This document shows, in pieces, positions 36,820-49,245 of a stretch of DNA of 50,401 nt. Position numbers and translations under genes: made by a program. Every line of letters starts with the position of its first letter. Positions within the stretch are counted from its first letter, which is position 1. A model generated the notes under the pieces. The model saw only the letters and a list, made by a program, of their open reading frames with translations, searched no databases and was not told where the DNA came from. Source of the stretch: Nemertoderma westbladi (Eukaryota; Animalia; Xenacoelomorpha); contig JAUCBJ010003076.1 of assembly GCA_032718475.1 (NCBI GenBank), positions 1-50,401 of the forward strand. The letters run 5' to 3'.

Positions 36820-39800
36820 GATCGTGATGGTCGTTGTAGGAAATCGGGTCCTCTAAACCAAAAGGGTTTATTGTCCGGTTTACAAAAGTCTATCGGTAGC
36901 ATCCCCCGTGATGTGATGTCAGCTGGGTTCAGCTTCCCTGGACAGTGATGCGCAATCTTGTTTGAGCGACCGGTCTAATATTTCAGCCCGTCTGTTGGCT
37001 ACGAAAGTCTTGAACTTGAACGTTTCGTTGTTTATGTACCAAAGTACCAACGTCGCATCCGTCCAATATGTGACCTTCAAGTTAGCCTCCAGCTCGCGTT
37101 GAACTAGATTGACAATATCGGTGGATATCGTCCCGGCTTGCAGCTCTCCACGAGGTACAGTCATATACTTCAACGGCATTGTTCTAGCCCTTGAAGTAAC
37201 GAGAGACACTTCGTAGCTGTCCGATGTCACTTGTCGTCTAAGGTACAAATTAACCCCCAGTTCATCCTTACTAGCGTCACTGAAGCTGTGAAGCTCTAAA
37301 TCGGCAGGAAAGGTGGTCTGCAAAGATAAGTATACCCTTGGTATGGTATAGTCTTGTAGGAAAGTCAGTTGGGCTTCCCAGTCCCTCCATTGCTCAGGTA
37401 ACTTTTCTGGAATGGGATCTTCCCATTCCAGTCCGGCTTGCCAAATGCTGCGGAGTATGATCCTAGCATGTAGGATCACTGGACTAATGAAACACAATGG
37501 GTCATACAATCTACTCATGGTCGATAAGCAAGTCCTCTTAGTGAGAGGTCTAGTCTGGTCATTGGACCTTACACGTACCCTAAAATTGTCGGTGTTCGGG
37601 TCCCAACTAAGTCCTGATACCTTGGACATAGGTAGAGATTCTAGTTCTAAGTCTAAGTCTCCTCCACTGCGATCCGTCGGGTCGAATGAGTTCACTAATT
37701 CGGGTACGTTGGAAGCGAACTTCGTAAGGCGGAATCCGCCCTCAGCGAGACAATCTTGGGGTTGGTGTGCTTGAGGCCGTCATCCACGTAGAAATCTCGT
37801 TCCACTGTCCGAACTACTTCTGGGTCAAATTGGTCTTGTCTGTCCAATGCAGTCTGCTTTAAGGCGTACATGGTGCAGTTGGGGCTGTCCCTGGCTCTGA
37901 AAACTCTTACCTGAATTTGGTAAGTTTCTGGCGGAAGTTCTAAATTTCCGTCCGGATACCAAAGAAACCTCAAACTGTCCCTGTCCCGCTCCAAAGCCTT
38001 AACCTGGTGAAACATGGCCTCTACGTCACAGGTAAAAGCCACTTTGCGTTGTCTAAAACGCATTAGGACTCCCATGAGGTAATTATTCATATTCGGCCCG
38101 TCCATCAGTTCGCTGTTCATAGACATCCCTTGGTAAAGCGCAGTGCAGTCATTGACTACACGCACCTTGCCAGGTTTGTCTGGGTGTCGAACAAAATGAT
38201 GTGGCAGGTAATATGTCTGATCTGTGGTTACCTCGGGATTTAACATCCTAATGGCATATCCCTTTTGGAGATACGTCTGAAGTTGCGCATTGTATTGTAT
38301 ATGGGCCATCTCATCATGCAACAATCACTGCCTTATTGATTTGAGTCGCCTCAAAGCAAGCGGGTAGTTGTTAACGAGCTTAGGTTGTCCATTGCGCCAC
38401 AACATGCCAACTTCGTAGTGGCCATTCGCGGTCTGGCGAATGGTATCTCTCATAATATTTAATGACCGTTTTTCCTGTTCTGACATAGTGGTCTCGTAAC
38501 TGCTGGGTTCTGCTGAGTCCTGTTCTAGCCATTTAATGGTCTGTTCAGTCAGCAGTCGGTCAAGCGCTGCTTGCACTGCGCCATGGTCCTCGTCCACGTC
38601 TTCGTCCGCTGCGGTGGCTAGTGTCAATGTGTCTGGTAGGCTCGCAAGCCTTCCGGTGTCACTAGTCGGTGTCGAATCGTCGTGTGGCGGTTTGACAACC
38701 TTCTGATCTGTCGGTAGACTCGCAAGCCTTCCAAGATCAACGACAGGTGTCGAAGCCTGGTGGGTGGGGTCAATGACCTTCGGATTTTTCGGTAGGCTCG
38801 CAAGCCTTCCAAAACCCTCGTTCATCGAGTCATCCACAGCAACAACCCTATGGTCTTCAGTAGTCAATACAACCTGTTTTACTGCAAGTAGTTGTAAGTC
38901 AGAGGTCCGTGTGGTCGTGTCCAGATCAGTTACGTCAGTATTGGTTACGTCAGCGTTAGCGATGCAAATCTGTCGTAGTGCAGTCTGTACAATTGGACCA
39001 CAGGAGTGTGAAGGAGAATTATCTATCGTAGTAGTCAATAAACTACACGTACTCAAAATGTCGTCCTCCTGGTCACTTACCTCTAGTGAATGCACTGGTG
39101 CTCTAGTATACAAACCTATGGGAGTTCTATATGCGTAGGGGTTGCCCGCTGTAATAACAGATGGGCGTGTCTCCTATACCTGATGTAAGTTAAACTGGTC
39201 TGTCCCAATCAACATCGCGATTGAACGATAGTTAACAGGACATTCCGGTATTCCAAGGTGTCGGAAATACTTACGATCTTCCGGTGATTGCTCTGGCACA
39301 GGGCCAAGCAAGTTACTAAAGTCCTTCGTAGCTGCAAAGGTCAAATTTATTACCGGAAGTAATGAGCGCTCCTCCTTGCTGTGTTCCGCTTTGGAAAGAA
39401 GAGTGTCTAAGGTTAATTTTACTCTCGTCATAGGATTCGCTCTCTTACCATGCATGCTGCTTACAGTATACTGAGCAGTCTTACCTTTACTCATGTCCGT
39501 AACTATGTCGGCTACTTGTTCGTCGACGTAACTATGCGATGACGCAGAGTCTAAGGTAGCGTATATACGCTTGCTCCCTCGGGTTCCGGTAATCTTTATA
39601 GGAATCACGCTAAACCCTTTCAATTGGTTCTGTGTGAGGAGTGTTATTGATGGTTGTTCCTCCCCCGCCTGCATGTAAAAGGTGTCGTCTTCCTCCTCGT
39701 CCTCGTCCGATGATCCCGATTGATCCATACAATCCGTATAGAAAGTATGAATCTTGCGCGGCACACGCTCCTTGTAAAGTGCGTCGCATCTAGCCGCTTT

Positions 39801-42800
39801 ATCTGGATGCTCTCGTCGAAAGCGTTTGGTCGGAGTATGGCTGTTCGTGTGAAGTAACGCCTCATGGTTACATCCACATAGAGGACATGTATCGTCGCTC
39901 GGGCAATCCTTCCAGACGTGTCCAGGCTTAGTACATCTCCAACAAGAATCTAAAGATCGAATCTGAAGTCTCCTTTCTTCGACTCCTAACTCCTTAAAAG
40001 CGCGACATCCACGTAGTTTATGTCCGCTGTGGTTTCTGCCATTCCGCTCGCAATATGAGCATCCCACAAAGTCCGCCGGCAACTGTTGTCATGGCTGCTT
40101 GGTGCCAATAGGCGTCAGAACTTTAGAAGTTTCGGTCGGGGTGGCATAGGTAACTGCTTTCGCGTTCATGGGAAATTGTTTGGTCCGAGTTGGCGCAGCA
40201 ATAGCTATTCCTTCTGCCGCTATATGGTGATCGGTATAGTTGGATCGAGTCTCCACTACGGCCTCCCGCGAAATTAGTTGGTAGACGTCGGTGAGTTTTA
40301 GTAGCCCGCCAGCCTCTTCATGCTGATATTCGATGCGTCGCCATTCTCGTCGTAATCGATGATGGAGTCGACTGATTATCCTAATGAGAACTGTCAGTGC
40401 ATTAGCGTATTCGAGTTGTCCAATGGACCGTAAAGTTCCTATAGCATTCTTGATTTCGTCCGCGAGTCGTAAAAGATCGATCGGTTTCGAAATACTTCCT
40501 CTTCTACAGAGGTCTTCGATAATAGATTTAGCCGTGGCTACGTTGCCGCCGTAAATCGAATATAGACGGTCGTACGCCAACTCAAAGGCATCTGGAACAC
40601 AGATGAAGGTTTCCGCTAATCGTTTCAGCTCACCAGACAGAACCTGGAGCAAGTAATTAAACTTCTCCGTCGAGGTGAAGGCACACTTAGCGATCTGGGA
40701 CTCTACGTAGTCTACCAGCATACGCCAGTGCTTTGCGTTGCCAGAGAACTTCAGCAGTTGTTGTGCCGGTAATCCGTGTCTAGCCGCAAACTTCGCAATC
40801 TCGCTAACCAAATCCAACTGTCCGCGTCCCTGTTCGGTTGCGTCATCCAGTCGTTCCCTTCCGCGCGTTGTCCGTCGGTAGGAAATATTAACGGGATCTT
40901 CTTCTCGATGTTTCGGAGTCTGTCTAGTCTCCTGTTCTCTCCTTGGTGGTTGATGTTGTCTAGGTTGTTCTACTTCCACACTGGTCCGTGATCTATCCGA
41001 TGATCGCGCTTCGAGTCGCTCTTCAAGTTGAGCTAGTCGGTCCGCCATAGGTCGCATTATTTCGGCGAGTCTGTTAGTGCTAATCGTCTCAGTCAGTTGT
41101 AACACAGGTTTCTGGACGGGTGTTTCTCGTGGAGGATTGTCGATGTACTGATTCTTAGATCTCTCCTCTCGTTTGTAATCATCCGCCGCTCCAGTACGGA
41201 ATATTTCTCTCTCCATCGACTCCGAGTCGCTAGGTGAGTCGCTGTCGTCCGGATAAGGTGGTTGACGGGTTCGCGTCCGAAGTATTAATTTCGGTCGCGC
41301 TCGTCGTGGTCTGGGATCTACGGCTCTCCATTGTTCGGTAGGCTCGCAAGCCTTCCACGAAGTCGTAGTTCTCGTTAAACGTGGTTCGATCCTGTGGGTA
41401 CTACCCACAAGGTTAGTCCTTTGTTGTTTGGTAGGCTCGCAAGCCTTCCACAAAGTTGTAGGTCTCGTCGAACATTGTGTCAATGGTCGTATAAAATGGT
41501 CGGGTTTTGTAGTCGGTCTGTAAATGACTGGGTTCGCACAGCACGTCACAGGTTTAACTGCTAACGGCTTACTTACCTGTTTAATTGTCATAAATGTAGG
41601 TTCCTCTCTTTCTACAAGTAGACTACGACTTACTGTAGGTGTACTATTTACTTTACCTGCTAAAATTGGCGATGAAGTTGCCCTAGGTTGCGGCATTTCC
41701 ATCACAACAAACCTGTTACCTTGCGTCGAGCGCACAGGTGATATTTCTTTAGGTTTCGTAACAAAGATCGGTTTTATCGGAGTTGTAGGTTTGAGCATAG
41801 GAATCACTTGCGGAAAACGTTTACAGTAATCCTCGACGAACTCCTCTCCTCGTTCTATCGCTCCCATACTTCCTTCCTCGATTCGCTTCTGAATCCCGCG
41901 GTATCGAGTTTCCATGCGATCCAGGGCAGACAAGTCATGTCCAGCTCGAGATTTTATAGATCTATCTCTCGCATCGAGTTTGAGGTCCGCTTGCGCGTTC
42001 GCTGCCTCGCGTGATCTACGATTTGGTTCAAACTGTAGTTGCATCTCCCTTTCACATCTAACTCCGCTTCTTGTATAGCTAATCGAGCGTTTATTTGTCT
42101 CGCTTCCAACTTGGCACGAGTGTCGGATGCTGCTTTCTTCTGTGCTAACTCTGCTGTGTTTACCGTCGCAACTCGTGCTGCAGCCGCTGCTGCCGCTTCT
42201 TGCGCCAAGTCCTCCTCTAATCTTCACATTTCTGAGGCTTCGAATTCGGCTTGAGCCATGAGTTTTGCAATTCTTGCTTCATCCTCTCTATGTTGTTTCT
42301 GTCCCTCGATGGCGATCTGTGCCATCTGCCGTTGCGCTTCTTCCTCGACTACTTGTTGTCGGCGTGCAACCTCCTGTTGTTGTCGAGTAATTACAGACGC
42401 TGTCCTACTAACGTCGCCAACGTCGCTCCGTACACTAACGAATGATCTATCCAGTGGTGGAATTTGGTAGGCTCGCGAGCCTTCCATAGTTAGAACTTCC
42501 GTCATCCCTCGCGGTTCGACTTGCGGTTCTTCGATCGGTACGCCGCATCTACGAAGAAATTTGGTGAGCGTCTCCAACCTCCCGTCTAGGCAATATAGTT
42601 CTTCTTCCTCTTCGGGTTCTAACAACGCGTCCGAAACTGACTCAACTAGCAGTTGATCGAACTGCTCCTGTTGAGCCAATCTTATTACTGACTTAAACTT
42701 GATGAGGCTTTCCCTCGCACTTACCAAATTATCTATTATCTTTACCTGAGTAAAGTTGTCGCCACGCAACTCTGCAAGTTCATGTAAACCTTTTAGTTTA

Positions 42801-43150
42801 TCTACGGAAGCATGTACCCTACTTTCTATCCTTACCTGTAATGTGTAGAACTCATATCTCGACATCGGGGCGGTTAACTCGTGTAAAACGCGAAAACCTT
42901 CTCCAAGGTTTCGAGTAATCTGGGCCATGTGTCCTCCTATACTCCTAATAACATTTTCTTGTCTTCCCGCCAAGCTTACCATGTCTGGTTCCCGTGACCT
43001 GGTCTGCGGGACTGTAAGGAAATCTTCGATTCTGCTGTCGCCACGCGTTGCGGCTTCCGGTATTTCCGTTCGGGGTACTGGAGACGCACGCGGTGTGACA
43101 TCGGTGGAATCTCGGGTTCTCCTTCTCGGTTCGTCTACTGTCGATCTGTC
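36820..43150 (-). mobile_element. BEL/Pao element of a second family; gag-pol disrupted and truncated before integrase
   Basis: Coiled-coil N-terminus, capsid (KFSG...EKFNYL), knuckles CSYC..H..C / CWRCTKPGHVWKDC / CPLCGCNHEALLH, protease LDSASS, RT DVEAMFHQV / FYVDDG, RNase H LHSFSDAS / YWTDA / FVANR / WFRGPDFL. Confidence 0.92.
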
Positions 43151-43244
43151 CGGTTCGCACGAGTCATAGTCGGTAGGTGGGTATCAAGTCGAATGTGGTG
43201 TGTCACTAATGTCTTATTATATACGTCAAGTATGGGTAATAAAA

Positions 43245-43443
43245 TGTCAAAGTATCAGAATGTCGAAATGTCAAAATGGCAAACTTACCTTGATATATAT
43301 ATATCATATATATACCCTAACCAGTACAAATAAAATTAACAAAGTCAGAATGTCGAAATGTCAAAATGTCGAAATGTCAAAATGTCAAACTTACCTTGAT
43401 ATATATATATCATATATATACCCTAACTGGTACAAATAAAATC
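43245..43443. repeat. ~115-bp tandem duplication in the leader of the second BEL family
   Basis: AATGTCGAAATGTCAAA...AAACTTACCTTGATATATATATATCATATATATACCCTAAC x2. Confidence 0.8.
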
Positions 43444-44264
43444 AAAGTATATAATAAAATATGTAATAATCTAGCCTACCGGCTAAATTTGTACGAATAA
43501 GTGAGATAACGGTGTACGTTACCAAAATGTAGATCAACAAGTACAAATAATAGGCAAAACAGCAACGTCTAACGGGAAATAAGTACCAACAACACTACTA
43601 ATTAGACAGTGAAACCCACAAATTTTGAGTACTACTGTGCTCTTCAGTTTGAACGACACGAGTCGTAAAACTTACGCTCCTTTGATTTTCCAGTCGTGCA
43701 AATTCCCAAATACAAACCGGACGTGGGTCGTTCCATTTTTTGGCGTCGCGGACGAATTTTGTGTCTCCCAAACTTTGCGAAAAGCGGTCTAATCCCTCGA
43801 GGGGGCAGAAATGAGTCCTTGAGTCCTGAAAAGTCGAAGGTGAGAGTTTTACTTCTACTCTACGAAAAATCTTCCTAGGTACCGATGATACAACTTGGTC
43901 TTTAAAACCTATGTACCTTTTCAAGTACCGAAAGTAACACCGCACACACACGGCGTAAAACAAATTGCTATAAACTAACTATTAGCTAGTCAAATATTAA
44001 ATACGAAACTACTAGCTACCCTAAAGCCTACTGAAGCAACGTACAAATGTTGCCTTTCAGAAATGACAAATACTATTCCTACTAAATAATTAATAAGAAT
44101 ATCTCTTAGTGAATAGTGCGCACGCACTTTTCAGAGCGTACAAATACTATTCAGACTCTACTTAGAATATTTAATAAAAAAAATATCTCTTACTGAAAAG
44201 TGCATGCACTTTTCAGCGCACACAGATCTAACAATACTATACACTGATTTATATAGAATCTCTT

Positions 44265-46423
44265 ACTGAAAAGTCCAGTAGTATACCGCTTACCAGATCC
44301 TAGTAACGATGTATCTTACCGTAAGATCCAGTAATGTATACGGGCTCGTACAGTATCTGACAACAAATCCCAGTCCAGGGTATCTAAACAAACAGATACA
44401 AATACGCGAACAACTACTGGCGAGGAACAGAGCCTAGTGTCTATTCTACGAATGTGAGCGGGTCTAATGCCTATGAACTAGACAAAAGGATGCCTGTCCT
44501 CTAACCGGTGAGGCAGATGTACAGTTACGGTGACAGACCAAACTCACGGGAAAACAATCCCCACGCAGCGAATCCTAACTATCGCTGACAGACCTAAATG
44601 GCGTAACTTGCCGCGGTGTGAATTATATGGTTTATATACGAGCTAGTGGGTTAACAGACCTAGCATAACAATACTGACACCTGTACTTAATCAGTCTAAA
44701 GGGGGTTGTGCCTAAAGTAACAGTACTGACGTCAGGAAAAAACAGTCTAATAAGTAAATACTCCCTTTTTGCTGTAAATAAATATCAGATCCTAAATTTA
44801 CAAACTACGAATAGTAAATTACAAATAAATTCTGCCTAAAAGTAATATAAAGTACGCTATAACTAGTAGAACTCTAAGGGTACATATGTTTTAGGGCGTG
44901 TGTGTGTGGGTGTGTTACAATAAAACAATTTTGGTGTATCCCATTGTACTAGGTTTTAGTGATTTCTGACCAAAACAATACCGTGCGCTAGCTACGAAAA
45001 TAAGCTAGTCGCGCTCTGTAGAACTTTATACTTACAAAATGACGTCAAAGCTGTCTCCTTCCTATCCACAACTCAACCGGGCAATTACGGTGTTAGTAAC
45101 TACACCCGTGATCGGCACAAATACCAGATTCTGGTTGTAAGATAAGAAATAGGGGTTAATTGCTGCCGTACGTTAGCTGATCTGGTATACAAATTTGATT
45201 CTAGAATTTTATTGCCGCGGTGGTTAGCAGCAATACCTATCAGTACGTGGCAAGGCACGGTGGGATATTAATAAACCTCCCTAGGCCAAGCGAAGTGCCG
45301 GTAGCAGAAATACTCCTTGCCTGATCAAATATCTCAGGTTCAGACAGGGGGGGGGGGGGGGTACTAATGTATATTCTACAAAGCAAACCGGTACCGAACT
45401 GTCAGTATTGCGAATCACTAAATTATGGAACATATGCTGTCTGTGTACCTAAAATGTGCTCGCATACTGACGAACGGCAATAGTTCACACCTGTAAGAGA
45501 TACAGGTTAACCCAGGGATTTGCAATACAGGGTCCTGACTGAATCTAGCTATCTGATCCTAAATTTTGCGGCGTCCCAGGACGGCGTCACGTTTACCCTG
45601 ATCTATAGGTCTTACGTCAGGCAAGGGCGTCAAAACAAAGTCTTACCTTCCTCGGAAATCAGGTGCTGCATGGCAAAGTGGAGTATTTCGAAGGGGCGAA
45701 GGGGGTGCGCGGTCTAATCTAATGTGGGCGCTAGCGTGTTGTGGACATCTTCCCTGCGTTGCTGACGGCCTAACGGTCTAGGCGGCCATCCTCCCAATGC
45801 TTGGCTGTCCCAATGGTGGACAATTAGAAATATACATGTTCAAAAGTTTACAGTATATTTACGTAATTTACAAAGATTTATCAACCTGAACACTAACAAA
45901 TAATTCAAAGTTAACAAGATAAGTCAAGAGTAGAATAGCTAACAAGTTACAAGATAATGTGTTAACAAGTAAGATTAGGTTAGAAGTAAGATTAGTTTGT
46001 GATAACCGAAGGGCAAACCAGCCCTTATATAGCAAATCTGGGACATAGAATCCGCTAGAACCTTCCAGAGCATTCCATGGCCTCACATTGGAGCAATAAT
46101 ATACCATTCCCTATGATTGGCCCAACTCATCGTTCCATACGTTGTACGCACCTCATTGGTTTATCAAATTAGATCAAATGAAAATAAATTGCCCAAAAAT
46201 GCAAATTTCCCGACTGGGATTCGAACTCGTAACCTACAGTATCTGTAATGTAACCAACGCCTTAACCATCTGACCACTGCGCCATTAGAATTACCTACGG
46301 GTTTATGTGTACCAATATGAATAGGCATATTACATTACTGTAATTTAATCAAAATGCGTCGGATTTTAGAAAGCTTTTACGTTAAACTACAAATGCTACT
46401 TTATAGTGAAATAATCCATCACG
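44265..46423. repeat. ~2.1 kb direct repeat, copy B
   Basis: Matches 34707-36812; followed by a more diverged partial third copy at 46422-46760 (equivalent to 34789-35120). Confidence 0.92.
46208..46283 (-). ncRNA. tRNA-derived (SINE-head-like) Pol III unit
   Basis: Minus strand GGCGCAGTGGTCAGATGGTTAAGGCG (A box) ... GAGTTCGAATCCC (B box), followed by TTTTT; acceptor stem does not pair. Confidence 0.6.
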
Positions 46424-46817
46424 TACAGTATCTGACAATAAATCCCAGTCCAAGGTGTCAAAATAAACAGATACAAAATACGCGAACTACTACTGGCGAG
46501 GAACAGAGCCTGGTGTCTATTCTAATACGTGGGTGAGTGAAATGCCCAGGCGAACTAGACAAAACAGGATACCTGGCCTCTAACTGGTGAGGCAGATGTA
46601 CAGTCTACGGTGACAGACCAAACTCACGAGGAAACAATCCCCGCGCAGCGAATCCTAACTATCGCTAATGGTCCTAAATACCGTAAACTTGCCGCCAGTG
46701 TGATTTATATGGTTTATATACGAGCTAGTTGATTAACAGACTAGCGTAACAATACTGACAGTACAAAAATTAATTCTCGGTGACTTCCAAATCCTGGAAG
46801 CCTATTCAAGGCTGCCC

Positions 46818-49245
46818 CTATCCGTTGGGTTGTCGCATGGTTCACTCGGTTTCGGTGGCGCCTCCTTAATCTCCCTCGCCAATTGTCTTTTATATCTCTT
46901 ACCCCTCCGACTCCTCTCCCTCCTCCTCTACTGCTACTTCCTCCGTACCTGGGTCTACCTTCCTCATTGGTAGCCAACTCGACTTATCATTAAGGAAGTG
47001 CGGCCCATGCTGCCACAACTCCTGCTTTCTCGAGAAAGAGTGGCGTACAACGCCCCTCGATAGCAGATCTGCTGGATTGTCGTCAGTTGGGCAGTAGTGC
47101 CACTTCCCTTGATCGGTCGTTGCCCTTATCTCTTCTACCATATTCGCCACAAATATAGGGTAACGTGTCTTCTCGTTGTGTAGCCACCCTAACACTACCA
47201 TAGAATCTGTCCAGTATTGCGTCTCCACTATGCTGGATATGGTGTCCATCAAGTATGCTGTCACCCTTACTCCTAATCTCGCAGCCGTTAGCTCGAGTGT
47301 CGGCACCGATGCTTAATCTGGTGGCGTCGACTTCGCTTTACTAAACGCAAGCCTGGGCGTATGAGCCCCCTTTCACTGTACCAGATAAAGTGCTGCTCCA
47401 TATGCTTCCAAGGATACGTCGGAAAACATATGTAGGTCCAGATCAGTCATGTCTCCGTCCGGGAAGTATACACGTGGCATACTGTACGTCCCCATCACCT
47501 CTAGGCTCCCCGTCCACTTGTTCTTCTGTCTACTTATCTCCTCCAGAAGCTCCGCATCCCAATCGTCTTTCAACTTATACACTTTCTTTAGTATTAGTTT
47601 CCCGGTGACTAACAACATGGATGCCAGGCCTAGGGGATCGTATATCCTCGCTATGTACGACACATAGCCTCGTTTGGTATGGATTTCGGCGCCCTCTTGA
47701 CTTAGCTGATACTCATCAACTCATCCGTCTCCCGGTTCCATACGATACCTAGCGCCTTTTGCTGCAACTCCATCCTCTTATCCGCCATAATCTGTCCCTT
47801 TGCCGTTGTGGGGTTGTCTATCATTGTCTCCAGTCGTTTATCTTCTATGGCCTCCGTAAATTCTTTGGAATAGGACTGGAATTTTGTGAGGTTGAACCCA
47901 GGTCCTTTTAGGATGTCGCGAACTTCGCGTCCTATCTCGAGTATTTTTTCAACCGTGTTTCCAGATCCCATCCCATCGTCCACAATGAATCCGCGTCGAA
48001 TCATGTCGATCGCCTTCCCACTGTATTATCCCTCCTTACCCTCCACTGTGTCTCTCACAGCTGTAGTCGTTGTGAACGAGGACGATTTGGCCCCCATGTT
48101 CTGCACTACCATCTTGTACATCGGTATCTCCGACGGTTCCTCGTCGCCATTGTACCACAGGAAACTCTGACTATTGCTGTCTTGCTCCGTCACTCGGACC
48201 TGGTTGAACATGCCTTCGATTTCGCACATGAAGGCGTGCCTTCCGTTTCTAAATCTCAACAGGACCTCTATCCCCGAGTTGTAAATGTTGGGGCCTTCCA
48301 GCAGGTAGTCATTGAAGCTCTAGCCGTTAGTCTTGGCCTACGCGTCGACCACCATCCGTAGTTTGCCCTTCTTAGGATCCACATGCAGTGGCAAATAGTA
48401 GGTCCTGTCAGTGTTTGGTTCATCGACCGGTAACTCCACGGCCCACCCCCTATCAACATACTTCTTGATCGTCTTGTTGATATATTCATCCTTTTTGGGG
48501 CTCCGTTTGAGTGTTTGTTTCAACTTTCGAAGCCTTGTCAAGACCATCCTTTTGTTATCTGGTAGCGGTAACTTCGGTTGTTTCCATACCATCCCTATGG
48601 TATACAGCCCTCCTTCACACTTCATTGAGTTCTTCACGCTCTCCAGCGCCTGCTTTTCCTCCACCGAGGTCCCAACCCCGGTCTCCTTCAACCCCTCGAA
48701 GTCCTGCCGCTGCAGCCTCTTGAGTTCCTCCTCTGCTCCTTCGTCCTCCATTTCCTTCATTGTGCCAGCGAACATGCACCCTGAGGATTCCGACACGCTA
48801 AACGGAATTCTAGTCTTAATTGGGTCGCTGAGTGTCCATCCAAATGGCGTGAGAATCACCATCGGGTCTCGCTCCCTATCCTCTCCGAATATGGTCTGTA
48901 GTCTCTCGTGGGCCGTACACTACTGGGCGGCCTCTAATACCCAATGGATGCGCTCTTGTCCTCCCCAACGTGCTTCCCTGCCCGCTATTGGCTTATATAC
49001 TAATTGTGACTTCGCCACTCCCTGTTGGTGTTACCTCCTGGTGCTAGCCTCACCAGCTGGTTTCTCCCTCTGAGGTGGTTTGACCTCTCACCTCTCTCCT
49101 TGGCTTACGGCGTGTATCCCCCCCCCCCCCCCCAGTTGGTTATGAGGTGAGATTATTATTGGTAATCTCACATCACCTACTATATTGGTAAAATGCCACT
49201 GGTCCCATTTTGGGTGGGTAATGTAGGGAATTGAATCCGCTTACA
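46818..49245 (-). mobile_element. BEL/Pao copy 3 (family of copy 1): partial LTR fused to RT-RNase H
   Basis: 49245-48916 matches the start of the copy 1 LTR (TGTAAGCGGATTCAATTCC); 48915-46818 closely resembles copy 1 pol (TPFGWTL, FIVDDG, DLHMFSD, NPADLLSRG). Confidence 0.9.

Noticed and set aside
46208-46283. Functional tRNA gene
   Set aside because: Acceptor stem does not pair and there is no clean anticodon arm; only A/B boxes are convincing.
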